48,666 nucleotides of DNA from Thermoplasmata archaeon (lineage in GTDB: Archaea; Thermoplasmatota; Thermoplasmata; Lutacidiplasmatales; UBA184). Positions 28,543-38,659 of the stretch are shown here, one piece after another (the stretch's first letter is position 1; every line of letters begins with the position of its first letter). The position numbers and the translations under genes are program-made. The notes beneath the pieces are model-generated. The model saw nothing but the letters and a program-made list of their open reading frames with translations. It did no database searches and was not told where the DNA came from. Location of the stretch: positions 1 through 48,666 of the forward strand of contig JASHPT010000161.1 of NCBI GenBank assembly GCA_030037955.1, in the 5' to 3' direction.

Positions 28543-29642
28543 GCGCCGACACCCCCGAGCCGCTCCGGCCAGCGAAGCCGCATCATCGAGTCGAGACCCT
28601 GTCCCCCGATATATCTCATCCCCGCGGCCACGAGCAGGTCGCTCGGCAGGAGCCGGTCGGCGAGCCGCTTGATGCGATAGCCTCGTTCGAGCGGGGCGGC
28701 GAGGTGCTCCCGCCAGCGTCGGTCGTAGTCCGACAGCGGCGTGCCGTTCCGAACGTGGGCGGCGGCGGCGACCCCGGCGTCACGGCCCGAGAGCACCGCC
28801 GTCGGAATGCCGCCGCCGTTCGTTGCCATCACCAGGTTCGCCGCATCGCCGGCAAAGAGCGCCCGCCCTCGGACGGCACTCGCGGGCGGGGGTCCCAGCG
28901 GAACCCACCACCGGGTGCGTTCCGCCACCGGGCCCCAGGCCTCCCGGCCCACGAATTCTTCGAGCAGCGCGTCCAGATGCTGTCCCGGCGGGAGCTGCGA
29001 GACCCCGAGGCCCACGTTCGCGTCATGGGCCCGCGGGAATCGCCACGCATACCCGCCGGGCGCGAGCCGTCCGAAGTAGAGCTCGATCTCGGGCCGGCCC
29101 TCGTCGGCGACGGAGGCGGTGATCATCCGGAACATCTCCCGGGGCGGGTGGAACCCCACGCTGTGGCCCACGGTGGACAGCGGACCGTCGGCGCCGATGA
29201 CGACGGCGGCCTGCACCGGTTCCCGTCCGGCCATCTCCACGCGATCGTCCCGCACCCGAGTAACTCCACACGGGAACCGCAGCTCCGCGCCTTCCCCCTC
29301 GGCGGCGAGGGCGAGGCGCTTGTCGTAGGCCCGACGGGAGACCACGAAGCCATGGAGCGGGAAGCGGTACTCGTGCCCGAGCGGAGAGATGCAGACCATC
29401 TTCCGCGTCTCCTGGAGCACGGTCTCGGCGGGAATGTCGAAGGCCTCCTCGATCACGTCGCGGCACGGGAACAGGTCGGCGAGCTCGTCCGGCGCCGGCA
29501 GGAACTCGCCGCACTGCACGGGATGCCCGAGCTCGGGACGCTGGTCGACGAGCAGGGTTCGGGCACCGCCGCGGGCCGCGAAGCGGGCGGCGGTCGCGCC
29601 GGCGGGACCCGCGCCGACCACGACCACGTCAAACCGTTCCAC
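28539..29642 (-). CDS. Geranylgeranyl reductase-family flavoprotein
   Basis: VGAGPAG, CGE, GADG, PGGYAWRFP, GDAA..GGGI. Confidence 0.88.
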   Translation of the reverse strand: MERFDVVVVGAGPAGATAARFAARGGARTLLVDQRPELGHPVQCGEFLPAPDELADLFPCRDVIEEAFDIPAETVLQETRKMVCISPLGHEYRFPLHGFVVSRRAYDKRLALAAEGEGAELRFPCGVTRVRDDRVEMAGREPVQAAVVIGADGPLSTVGHSVGFHPPREMFRMITASVADEGRPEIELYFGRLAPGGYAWRFPRAHDANVGLGVSQLPPGQHLDALLEEFVGREAWGPVAERTRWWVPLGPPPASAVRGRALFAGDAANLVMATNGGGIPTAVLSGRDAGVAAAAHVRNGTPLSDYDRRWREHLAAPLERGYRIKRLADRLLPSDLLVAAGMRYIGGQGLDSMMRLRWPERLGGVGA

Positions 29643-29660
29643 GGTCCCGTCCCGGCGCGC

Positions 29661-31289
29661 TCAGAGCGCCTGCAGAAGATGGTTCGCCGCGTTCTGGAAG
29701 GTCGACAACACGACCTGGGGATAGACTCCGAAGGCAAAGATCGCCACGACGGCGATCCCGATCGCGATGGCCCGGCCGTAGCCGATCCCGCCGAGGGCGA
29801 GGAGCGGCGGCTCGGAGCCGCCGAGCACGGCCCCCGACGGCAGGGCGGCACTTCGCGGCTCCGGCCGTTCCATGTACATCACCCGGAGGACGCGGGCGTA
29901 GTAGAAGACCGAGAGCGCGCTGTTGAGCAGGCCGGCGACGGCGAGCCAGACGAACCAGCCCTGGGCCTGGACGGCGGCCGAGAAGAGGACGAATTTCGAC
30001 ACGAAGCCGACGGTGAGGGGAACGCCCGCGAGGGAGAGCAGCATGACGGCGAACGAGAGACCCAGGTAGGGATACCGGAGGCCCACGCCCTTCCAGTCCT
30101 CGATCTTGCTCCCGATGCCGAGGCCGGCGACGGCGCCGACGACGAGGAAGGCCCCCGCCTTCATGAACACGTGGGCGAAGATCTGGAGCAGCGCTCCCGC
30201 GATCGCCGGAGAGGTCGCGACGGCGAGGCCGATCAGCATGTAGCCGGCCTGCGAGATGCTCGAGTAGGCGAGCATCCGCTTCATCTCCGATTGCTGCAGC
30301 GCCAGGACGTTCCCGACCGTCATCGTGACGATGGCCATGACGCCGAAGATCACCTGCAGCGGCACGCCGAAGTCCGGGTGGAGCGTGACGCACAGTCCCA
30401 CGGGGCAGGCGGGCGGGGCCGTGGCCAGACGGCCCGCAAAGAGGATCGGGACCAGGAAGACGAGGAAGTAGCCGAAGAGTCCGACCTTCTTCGAGCCGCC
30501 GGCGAGGAATGCCGAGACGTCCGACGGTGCCCCGTCGTAGACGTCGACGGCCCAGGCCTGGAAGGGCACGGCCGTGACCTTGAAGCCGATCCCCACGATG
30601 AGGAACGCGTAGCCGAGCAAGGCGATCGACGTCGCGCCGTCGAGGGGCGGGTGCCCGAGGTAGACGACCGTCGTTCCGAGGGCGTAGAGACTGGTGGTCC
30701 CGTAGGCGGCGTAGAGCAGCGACGCTCCGAAGAACGAGAGCGCGGCCGAGAGCGCGCCGATGATGTAGAACTTCATCGCCGCTTCGAGCCCGCGCGGGTC
30801 GCGTCGGGTGTATCCGACCAGCAGGTACGTCGAGATCCCGGTGATCTCGATCGACAGGAGGAGGAAGATGAGGTCCGCCGAGAGGGCGGCCAGGGTCATC
30901 CCGAGCGTGGCGAAGAGCAGCAGACCGAAGAAGATCGCCGCGCCCTTCTCTTTGGTCGGTCGGGACAGGGAGGAGAGCGAGACGAGCAGGGCCGACGTGA
31001 GAAAGATCGCCTGGAAGACCAGGCCGAAGCTGGTCACGGCGACCAGAGAGCCCCCGAGCTGGCTCCAGGGCGCGTCGACGACGTTGGCGGGCACCGTCGC
31101 GAAGGCGGCCAGGGGGGCGAAGCGCAGGTCGGCGAGTACGGCGAGGAGGGCGAGGACGATCCCCCCGGTGGCGAGTCCGCCGAAGACCTCCAGCCATCGG
31201 AACCCGACCGAGTCGAGGAGGAAGATCAGGAGGGCTGCGCCGAGGAGGAACAGCTCCGGCACGAAAACGGTCCACGGGATTGCCGTCAT
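29661..31289 (-). CDS. nuoN: Complex I subunit N
   Basis: EAAMKFYIIG, FKVTAVPFQAW..DVYDGAP, KRMLAYSSI, GVPLTVGF.SK. Confidence 0.92.
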   Translation of the reverse strand: MTAIPWTVFVPELFLLGAALLIFLLDSVGFRWLEVFGGLATGGIVLALLAVLADLRFAPLAAFATVPANVVDAPWSQLGGSLVAVTSFGLVFQAIFLTSALLVSLSSLSRPTKEKGAAIFFGLLLFATLGMTLAALSADLIFLLLSIEITGISTYLLVGYTRRDPRGLEAAMKFYIIGALSAALSFFGASLLYAAYGTTSLYALGTTVVYLGHPPLDGATSIALLGYAFLIVGIGFKVTAVPFQAWAVDVYDGAPSDVSAFLAGGSKKVGLFGYFLVFLVPILFAGRLATAPPACPVGLCVTLHPDFGVPLQVIFGVMAIVTMTVGNVLALQQSEMKRMLAYSSISQAGYMLIGLAVATSPAIAGALLQIFAHVFMKAGAFLVVGAVAGLGIGSKIEDWKGVGLRYPYLGLSFAVMLLSLAGVPLTVGFVSKFVLFSAAVQAQGWFVWLAVAGLLNSALSVFYYARVLRVMYMERPEPRSAALPSGAVLGGSEPPLLALGGIGYGRAIAIGIAVVAIFAFGVYPQVVLSTFQNAANHLLQAL

Positions 31290-31302
31290 CGAGGGACCCC
31301 CG

Positions 31303-32766
31303 TCACGGTAACCCCGCCACGGGCGAGAGCGTGATCCAGTGGACCAGCAGGTTCGGAAGGATCCCGTAGACCACCGTCAGGATGACGAGGACGCCCATCG
31401 CGACGGCCTCGGCGTAGGGAAGGTCGTGGGCGTCGGCGGGGATCCCTTTCGGCGGGCCGAAGAGCAGCCGCTGCATCATCCAGATGTAGAACGCGGCGGT
31501 CACCACGAGGGTGAAGAGCGGGATCAGCACCCAGTAGCCGAGCTTGTCCCAGGTCGCGAGGAGCGCCGTGAACTCTGCCGGGAAGCTGATCAGCGCCGGC
31601 AGGCCGAGCGACGCGAGGGCGCCGGCCATCGTCATGGTCGAGAGCGTCGGGGCGGTCGGCGTGATGCCGTTGACCGACGCCAGGTCCCGGCTGCCGAAGG
31701 TATGGTGGACGCTGCCCGAGACCATGAACAGCAGGGCGCTCACGATCCCGTGGGCGAACATCAGGAGGACGGCGGCGAGGAGTCCGAGGGACGTGTCGAG
31801 GGCGATCGCCAGCAGGACGATGCCCATGTGGTTGATCGAGGAGTAGGCGACCAGCCGCTTGAGGTCCCGCTGGGCGAGCGAGACCCCGGCGCCCCAGACG
31901 ATGGACGCGAAGGCGACCGCATAGAGCACCGGCGCCGCGTGCGCGATCCCGTTCGGCAGGATCTCGAGCCCCCAGCGGATGAGCCCGTAGGCCCCGAGCT
32001 TGAGCAGGAGGCCGGCGAGCAGCACGGATCCTCCGGTCGGCGCCTCCACGTGGGCGTCCGGTAGCCAGGTGTGGAACGGAACGATCGGGAACTTGACGCC
32101 GAAGCCGAAGAAGAGCGACAGGAACAGGATGACCTGCGTCGGCACCGCGAGCGTGGCGGCGGAGCCCTGGAGGCCGGCAAAGTCGAGGGACGGGCTGTGG
32201 GAATAGAAGGCGGTGACCAGCAAGGCCACCAGCATCGTGACCGATGCGACGTGGGTGTAGATGAAGAACTTGAGCGCGGCGTAGCGCCGGCGCGGCCCGC
32301 CCCAGTACCCGATGAGGAAGAACATCGGGACCAGGACGACCTCCCAGAACACGAAGAACAGGAGCACGTCCAGCGCGACGAAGACGCCGAAGCAGCCGAG
32401 ACAGGTGAGGAGCACCAGCCCGAACCAGGCCCCGGGCTGCCGGGTCTCATTCCAGGAGTACGCGACGGTAACGGCCTGGAGGATCCCGGTCAGCAGGATC
32501 AGGATCAGCGAGATTCCGTCGATGCCGACCGTGTAGTTCACGTGAAGCCACGCGACGTGGATCCAGGCGTAGGTCTCGGACTCCGCGAAGTGCGTCGGCC
32601 CGACGCCGATCCCGGGCCAACTGAACATCAGGAACATCGCGGCGATCTCGGCCAGGAAGACCCCCGAGACCGCGGCGGCCACGTACTTCGCCCGGGGCCC
32701 GGCGAAGAAGGTGGCGACCGTCCCGATCAGGAGCGTCGCCAGCGTGAGGCTCAGGATCGGCAGCAC
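31303..32766 (-). CDS. nuoM: Complex I subunit M
   Basis: GIDGIS, FFVFWE, PFHTWLPDAHVEAP, LKLGAYG, AYSSINHMG. Confidence 0.93.
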   Translation of the reverse strand: MLPILSLTLATLLIGTVATFFAGPRAKYVAAAVSGVFLAEIAAMFLMFSWPGIGVGPTHFAESETYAWIHVAWLHVNYTVGIDGISLILILLTGILQAVTVAYSWNETRQPGAWFGLVLLTCLGCFGVFVALDVLLFFVFWEVVLVPMFFLIGYWGGPRRRYAALKFFIYTHVASVTMLVALLVTAFYSHSPSLDFAGLQGSAATLAVPTQVILFLSLFFGFGVKFPIVPFHTWLPDAHVEAPTGGSVLLAGLLLKLGAYGLIRWGLEILPNGIAHAAPVLYAVAFASIVWGAGVSLAQRDLKRLVAYSSINHMGIVLLAIALDTSLGLLAAVLLMFAHGIVSALLFMVSGSVHHTFGSRDLASVNGITPTAPTLSTMTMAGALASLGLPALISFPAEFTALLATWDKLGYWVLIPLFTLVVTAAFYIWMMQRLLFGPPKGIPADAHDLPYAEAVAMGVLVILTVVYGILPNLLVHWITLSPVAGLP

Positions 32767-32769
32767 GGG

Positions 32770-34779
32770 CTAGCCCCCTCCGAGCGCCGGGAAGGCCGGG
32801 ACGACCAGGTAGAGGAAGACGAGGAAGATCGCAAGGCCGACGACCACGTAGGCGGCGTAGTCGAGCACGACCCCGGACTGCACCCGACGCGCCCGCGTAG
32901 AGAGCTCCGAGAACATCCGTTCGAACCCGTGCACCGTGCCGTCGATGATGTACTCGTCCACGAAGGCGAGGAATCGGGACACGGTGTAGACGACCCGGAG
33001 GCCGAACCAGTCGACCCCCGCCTTGACGTAGTAGCGCTCGAGCAGCAGCCGGCGGATCGGCTGCACTGCCGAGCTCTCGGCGAGGGTGAAGACGCGTCCA
33101 TTGCCCCAGAGCACGTAGGCCGTGAGGATACCGGTCAGTCCCAGGCCGACCGAGAGGCCCGAGAGCAGGAGCGAGGTCGTCGTGTAGGTGGGTGGAACTC
33201 CCGGGGTCGGCAGGAAGCCCGCGCCGGCCCGGAAGAGCCCGCCGAACTGCGGGACGAAGGCCAGGAGACCGGCGACGATGGCGAGGCCGGACAGGATCAC
33301 GATCGGCACGGTCATCGTCCACGGAGCCTCGTGGGCGTGCGGGAGGGTCGGGTCGCGCGGGTGGTCCCCGGAAAAGGCGAGGAACCAGGCCCGGAAGATG
33401 TAGTAGGCCGTCATGAAGACGGTCGCGTAGGCCAGGATCAGGAACGGCCAGTAGGCCGGATGGCTCTGGGCCGCCTGGTAGACGCTGCCGAGGACATCGT
33501 CCTTGCTGAAGAACCCGGCGAACGGGGGAATCCCCGAGAGCGAGAGCGCACCGATCAGGAAGCCGATGGACGTGATCCGCATCGACTTGCGGAGCCCGCC
33601 CATCTTGAACAGGTCCTGCGTCTCGACGGCGTGGATGACCGCGCCGGCGGCCAGGAACAGGAGGGCCTTGAAGAACGCGTGGGTGAACAGATGGTAGAGG
33701 CCCACCATCGTGAACCCGGCTCCGACGGCGAGGACCATGTAGCCGAGCTGGGACACCGTGGAGTAGGCGATGACCCGCTTGATGTCCCGGTGCACGAGCG
33801 CCATGGACGCCGCCCAGAACGTGGTGAACCCGCCGATCGCGACGATGAGGAGCTGGTCGGTGGCGGTGAACCCGATGAACACCGACACCACGGCGAGCAG
33901 GTAGACGCCGGCGGCGACCATCGTGGCGGCGTGGATCAGGGCACTGACGGTGGTCGGACCCTCCATGGCATCCGGCAGCCACACATCGAGCGGGAACTGG
34001 GCCGATTTCCCCGCGGCGCCGCCCAGCATCATGAGCCCGGCCACGGTGAACAGCGTCGCGTTGGAGACCGGGACCCCCGCGAGGAAGGGGGCGCCGTGGG
34101 AAACGAACAGGAACCCGGAGGCCGCCCATCCGGCGCCGGGACCGGCGGTCGCGAACAGGTCGAAGTAGATGAAGATCCCGAGCAGGAACAGGACGTCCCC
34201 GATCCGGGTGACGAGGAAAGCCTCCTTCGCCGCGCTGGCCGCCGACGGCTTCGCGTAGTAGAACCCGATGAGGAAGTACGAGCAGACGCCGACGAGTTCC
34301 CAGAAGAGGAAGAACTGGAGCAGGTTGTCGGCCAGGACCAGGCCGAGCATCGAGGCCAGGAAGAGCGAGAGCTCGGCGTAGTACCGGGGCAGGCCCTGGT
34401 CCCGATGCATGTAGCCGATCGAGAACAGCATGACCAGGAATCCGACGACCGTCACGACGATCAGCATGATCGCCGAGAGCGGGTCGACGAGCGTTCCCAT
34501 GACGAGCGAGAATCCATGCGGGAACGCGCCGGTGCCGTTCCCCGGGAGCGTCAACCAGGCAACGCTCCGGTCGGAGTACGTGCCGGGGGAGAGCATCTCG
34601 CCGACGGCGATGAGCACACCCAGCACCATGGCGACGAACGCGCCGCCGACCGCGACCCAGCCCCCCCATTCGAGCCGCTGCATCCGGCGGCCGAACAGGC
34701 CGATGATCACGAAGGCCAGCGTCGGCGCGAGCGGGACGAGGAACGCCCAGGGAAAGAGTGCCGAGAGTGTTCCGGACAT
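32770..34779 (-). CDS. nuoL: Complex I subunit L
   Basis: WELVG, GKSAQFPL..WLPDAMEGPT, HAATMV, HAFFKALLFL. Confidence 0.94.
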   Translation of the reverse strand: MSGTLSALFPWAFLVPLAPTLAFVIIGLFGRRMQRLEWGGWVAVGGAFVAMVLGVLIAVGEMLSPGTYSDRSVAWLTLPGNGTGAFPHGFSLVMGTLVDPLSAIMLIVVTVVGFLVMLFSIGYMHRDQGLPRYYAELSLFLASMLGLVLADNLLQFFLFWELVGVCSYFLIGFYYAKPSAASAAKEAFLVTRIGDVLFLLGIFIYFDLFATAGPGAGWAASGFLFVSHGAPFLAGVPVSNATLFTVAGLMMLGGAAGKSAQFPLDVWLPDAMEGPTTVSALIHAATMVAAGVYLLAVVSVFIGFTATDQLLIVAIGGFTTFWAASMALVHRDIKRVIAYSTVSQLGYMVLAVGAGFTMVGLYHLFTHAFFKALLFLAAGAVIHAVETQDLFKMGGLRKSMRITSIGFLIGALSLSGIPPFAGFFSKDDVLGSVYQAAQSHPAYWPFLILAYATVFMTAYYIFRAWFLAFSGDHPRDPTLPHAHEAPWTMTVPIVILSGLAIVAGLLAFVPQFGGLFRAGAGFLPTPGVPPTYTTTSLLLSGLSVGLGLTGILTAYVLWGNGRVFTLAESSAVQPIRRLLLERYYVKAGVDWFGLRVVYTVSRFLAFVDEYIIDGTVHGFERMFSELSTRARRVQSGVVLDYAAYVVVGLAIFLVFLYLVVPAFPALGGG

Positions 34780-34788
34780 CGTCGGACC

Positions 34789-35112
34789 TCAGAGCTTCAG
34801 CACGGTGGCTTCCGCGACATTGATCGAGCCCCGCAGACGGTTCAGCGCCAGCACGATGGCCAGTCCGACCGCGACCTCCGTGGCCGCGAGGCCGACCAGC
34901 ACGACCGCGATCGACGGGCCCTCCAGGCCGTATCCCGGCGTTCCGCCCCAGTAGGCGCCGAAGACGACGAAGTTCAGGATCGCCGCGTTCATCGCGACCT
35001 CGATCGCGATCAGCAGGAGGATGAAGTTCCGACGCGTCAGGATGCCGAAGATCCCGATGCCGAGCAGCACCGCCGAGAGTCCGAGGAAGGCGGCGAGGGG
35101 CAGGTCGGTCAC
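34789..35112 (-). CDS. nuoK: Complex I subunit K
   Basis: GIFGILTRRN, IEVAMNA, AATEVAVGLA; GTG 35112 overlaps nuoJ stop. Confidence 0.9.
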   Translation of the reverse strand: MTDLPLAAFLGLSAVLLGIGIFGILTRRNFILLLIAIEVAMNAAILNFVVFGAYWGGTPGYGLEGPSIAVVLVGLAATEVAVGLAIVLALNRLRGSINVAEATVLKL

Positions 35113-35597
35113 TCCCGGCCCTCGCGGACAAGGTAGATCGCGCCGGCGAGCGCCGGGAGCATGACGAGCCCGAGCAGCAGCAGCCACGCGCCGTAGGTCC
35201 CGAAGAGGGCGGCGGACAGCGCGTCGACGCTGTAGCCGTGGACCTGCGTCGTGCTGGACGGGATGGTGGAGGCCGCCGTCGCGAGCACGACCACGATCAG
35301 CAGGGCCAAGGCAACCGGTGCCGGCCCGAGGCCCGTGGCCGCCTCCCGGGCAAAGATGCGCTTTCGCGTGACCATGACGCCGAAGAGCAGCAGGATCGTG
35401 ACCGCTCCCGCGTAGACGCCGAGCTGCAGCACCCCGAGGAACGGCGCCGAGACGAGGAAGTAGAAGCCGGCGAGCGACACGAAGAAGAGCGCGACCCAGA
35501 CGATGGTGTGGACGAGCTCCCGCACCAGCAGCGCGGCGAGCGCGGTGACGACGGCCGTGACCGCCAGCACGAGAAATGCCAGCAGGTCGAGGATCAC
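35109..35597 (-). CDS. nuoJ: Complex I subunit J
   Basis: APFLGVLQLGVYAGAVTILLLF; GTG 35597 overlaps nuoI stop. Confidence 0.88.
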   Translation of the reverse strand: MILDLLAFLVLAVTAVVTALAALLVRELVHTIVWVALFFVSLAGFYFLVSAPFLGVLQLGVYAGAVTILLLFGVMVTRKRIFAREAATGLGPAPVALALLIVVVLATAASTIPSSTTQVHGYSVDALSAALFGTYGAWLLLLGLVMLPALAGAIYLVREGRE

Positions 35598-36373
35598 TGG
35601 CGCGTCCCCCAGAACAGACAGTCCTTGGGACAGACGCTGATGCACGTGCCGCAGCGCACGCAGTCGGAATCGTTGATGACCGGCTCCTTCCAGATCCGCT
35701 TCGGGAGCTTCTCCCCCGGCTTGGCCGTGGGCTTCGCGATGTCGAGCATCGTGATGCACTGGGTCGGGCAGTCCCGCGAGCAGGCGTTACATCCGATGCA
35801 GATCGGGGGGTCCAGGAGGATCTGGTCCTCGTTGGCCGGGCGTTCCACCCGGATGGGATTCATCGGCAGCTTCGACTTGTAGACCTCGAACATCCGCGCC
35901 GGGGAGTAGACCATCTCCTCCCGCTTGTGGACGGAGAGCTCGTAGCGGGTCGTCATCGACAGGCAGCCCTCCGGACAGGCGTCCGAGCAGAAGCCGCAGA
36001 ACGAGCACTTGCCGTAGTCGATCTGGGGACACTTCTTCGGATGCTTCGGGTCCCCGCCCGGGACGGTGACCATCTCGATGCAGACGTCCGGGCAACTGAA
36101 CGCGCAGAGGTTGCAGGAGATGCAGGTGTTGATGTTGAGCGCGTGCACGCCGCGGTAGTTGTCCCAGATCTCGCCGACGCCGATGGGCTTGCCGGAGGCG
36201 ACCGCAACCTCGCCTCGGAACTTGGGGTCCTCGAGCCGCTCGAACGGATAGACCACCGTTGACGGACGCCAGAGGCTCTTCACGAACTGTTTCGCCGCCG
36301 TCGCGAGCGGTCGGGTGACCCAGAGGAACGGCTTCTCCTCCCTCCCGGGGGACTCCTCGGGGGTCGCGCTCAC
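35594..36373 (-). CDS. nuoI: Complex I subunit I with an extra C-terminal 2x[4Fe-4S] domain
   Basis: T..YP, YRG.H, four CxxCxxCxxxCP motifs. Confidence 0.9.
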   Translation of the reverse strand: MSATPEESPGREEKPFLWVTRPLATAAKQFVKSLWRPSTVVYPFERLEDPKFRGEVAVASGKPIGVGEIWDNYRGVHALNINTCISCNLCAFSCPDVCIEMVTVPGGDPKHPKKCPQIDYGKCSFCGFCSDACPEGCLSMTTRYELSVHKREEMVYSPARMFEVYKSKLPMNPIRVERPANEDQILLDPPICIGCNACSRDCPTQCITMLDIAKPTAKPGEKLPKRIWKEPVINDSDCVRCGTCISVCPKDCLFWGTRQ

Positions 36374-36377
36374 CGGG

Positions 36378-37508
36378 TCAGCCCCCCATGGACGGGACGC
36401 ATCCGATCAACGGGAGGCAGTGCGAGAGCACGACCAGGGCAGCCAGCAGCACGCTCAGGAGGGCGAGCGGTACCATCCGCATCCAGCCGAGACGTAGCAG
36501 CTGGTCCGTGCGGATCCGCGGAAGCGAGGCGCGCACCCAGACGAAGAGGCCGAAGACGAGGTACGTCTTGACCATGAACCAGACGATGCCGGCGAGCGGG
36601 AAGCTGGTGAGCGCCGCGGGGACATAGGACGGCAGCGTCCAGCCTCCGAGGAACAGGAGGACCACGAGGATGCTGCCGACCAGCGCGCGCAGGTAATCGG
36701 CGAGCATGAAGAACGCGAACAGCATCCCGCCGTACTCGGTGTTCCATCCCTCGACCAGCTCGGCCTCGGCTTCGGGCAGGTCGAACGGGATCCGTTCCAT
36801 CTCGGCGAGCATCCCGGTCAGGAAGACGATGAGCGCCAGGAAGAGCGGGGCCCAGAACCAGTAGTTCCGCTGCTCGAGCACGATCGTGTTGAGGTCGAAG
36901 GTGCCGGCCAGCACGACCACGGCGACGACCGCCAGCAGGATCGGCACCTCGTAGGCGATCATCTGGGCGGCGGAGCGCATCCCGCCGATGAGCGAGTACT
37001 TGTTGTTGCTCGCCCAGGCGCCCAGGAAGATGAAGAGCGGCGCGAAGGAGAAGATCACCAGCGCCAGGAGCAGGGTCAAGGGAAGAGAGCCGCCGTTCCA
37101 GCCGGTCGAGATCGGGAGCAGGCCGAAGATCACGAGGGACGTCACCATGTAGGCGGTCGGGGAGAGCCAGAAGCCGAGCGGGTCGGCCTGTCCCGGTCGG
37201 ACCGTGTCCTTGCGGAAGAGCTTGAGGCCGTCGGCGAAGTTCTGGAGCAGCCCGGCGTAGCCGACGTGCATCGCCCCGCGTCGGTCCATGAACCGGCCGA
37301 GGAGCTTCCGCTCGTACCAGATCAGCAGGATCGTGTTGAGCATGCTCGCGAGGAGGAGGATCGCCGCGAAGATCACGGCGGCCAACGCCGTCACGACGGT
37401 ACCGGAGATGAGCCACCCGTGGATCGGCGCCGGGAAGAGATGGGCGAGCGCGCCCAGGAGGACGGACGAGAGCGTGTACGCGACCGAATAGAGGCTGACG
37501 TTCGACAT
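36378..37508 (-). CDS. nuoH: Complex I subunit H
   Basis: ERK, GLLQNFADGLK, NNKYSLIGG, RIPFDLPEAEAEL, RIRTDQL. Confidence 0.94.
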   Translation of the reverse strand: MSNVSLYSVAYTLSSVLLGALAHLFPAPIHGWLISGTVVTALAAVIFAAILLLASMLNTILLIWYERKLLGRFMDRRGAMHVGYAGLLQNFADGLKLFRKDTVRPGQADPLGFWLSPTAYMVTSLVIFGLLPISTGWNGGSLPLTLLLALVIFSFAPLFIFLGAWASNNKYSLIGGMRSAAQMIAYEVPILLAVVAVVVLAGTFDLNTIVLEQRNYWFWAPLFLALIVFLTGMLAEMERIPFDLPEAEAELVEGWNTEYGGMLFAFFMLADYLRALVGSILVVLLFLGGWTLPSYVPAALTSFPLAGIVWFMVKTYLVFGLFVWVRASLPRIRTDQLLRLGWMRMVPLALLSVLLAALVVLSHCLPLIGCVPSMGG

Positions 37509-37513
37509 CGACG

Positions 37514-38659
37514 CTAGCGGTCACACTCCCCGACGCAGACGTCGACGCTCCCCATGATCGGCGGGATGTCGGCGACCCGGTACCCCGGAAGATACCGCTT
37601 GGCCGCCCAGATGTTGATCAGGACGGGCGAGCGGAACTTCACCCGGTACGGGTGCTCGCCCCCGTCGTTGACCACGTACGCCCCGGCTTCTCCATGCGGC
37701 TCCTCGATCATCGAGAGGCCGACGCCGGTGGGGTAGTTTCGCTTCAGGAGATACGATTCGTTCCCCATCGGGGCGTAGGGAGCCCCGAGCCAGCGCGGGA
37801 GGTGGTCGGCCATGACCGGGCCGGGATGGTCGTCGAGCCAGTCGAGGCACTGGCGGACGATGCGAACCGACTGCCGCATCTCCTCCATCCGTACGAGGTA
37901 GCGGCCGGTCACGTCCGCGGTCGTCGCGGTCGCGACGTCGAACTGAACCTGGTCGTAGACCGAGTAGGGGCGGTCCTTCCGCAGGTCCCGCCGGGAGCCG
38001 GCGGACCGGAGCATCGGCCCCGTCACGCCGTACGCGACCGCCTCCGGCTCCAGGAGCACCCCGAGGCCGTCGCAGCGCTCGTGGAAGATCGTCGACGACA
38101 GGCAGAGCTGGTCGTACTCCACGAACCGGTCCATCAACCAATCGACGACCTGACGACACCGCTGGGTGAACCCGAGCGGGAGGTCGCTTCGGACCCCCCC
38201 GACCCGCATGTACTCGTAGGTCAGCCGGCCGCCGGTGTAGCTCTGGAACAGGTCCAGGATCAGGTCCCGGTCCCGCATGCCGTACAGGAACGGGGTCATC
38301 AGGCCCAGGTCTTGCACGAAGGCGGAGTACCACATGAGGTGACTCGCGATGCGCTGGAGCTCCGCCGACATCACGCGGATGTATTCCGCCCGCTCGGGCG
38401 GTGTCACGTGGAGCGCCTGCTCGGCCGCCACGATGAACAGGTGCTCCCAGGAGAGTCCCGCCACGTAGCAGGTCCGGTCCATGAGCGTGATGATCTCGTT
38501 GTAGTGCCGGTCCTCGGAGATCTTCTCGATGCCCCGGTGCAGGTAGCCCATCTCCGGCTCGACGTCCTTGATGATCTCCCCCTCGATCCGGACCCGCAGG
38601 TTCCAGAGGCCATGTGTCATGGGGTGCTGGGGCCCCATGTTCACCCACATCTCAGTCAC
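37514..38659 (-). CDS. nuoD: Complex I subunit D
   Basis: NMGPQHPMTHG, GYLHRGIEK, ELQRIASH, GVTGPMLR, GECDR; no NiFe CxxC pairs. Confidence 0.93.
   Translation of the reverse strand: MTEMWVNMGPQHPMTHGLWNLRVRIEGEIIKDVEPEMGYLHRGIEKISEDRHYNEIITLMDRTCYVAGLSWEHLFIVAAEQALHVTPPERAEYIRVMSAELQRIASHLMWYSAFVQDLGLMTPFLYGMRDRDLILDLFQSYTGGRLTYEYMRVGGVRSDLPLGFTQRCRQVVDWLMDRFVEYDQLCLSSTIFHERCDGLGVLLEPEAVAYGVTGPMLRSAGSRRDLRKDRPYSVYDQVQFDVATATTADVTGRYLVRMEEMRQSVRIVRQCLDWLDDHPGPVMADHLPRWLGAPYAPMGNESYLLKRNYPTGVGLSMIEEPHGEAGAYVVNDGGEHPYRVKFRSPVLINIWAAKRYLPGYRVADIPPIMGSVDVCVGECDR

Noticed and set aside
4080-35136. Very long alternative ORFs (e.g. 4080-6242, 5441-7792, 9017-11527, 13715-16222, 28704-31334, 32071-35136, 32447-35131)
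   Set aside because: Antisense or off-frame shadows of well-supported genes; low-complexity Arg/Pro/Gly/Ala translations expected in high-GC DNA
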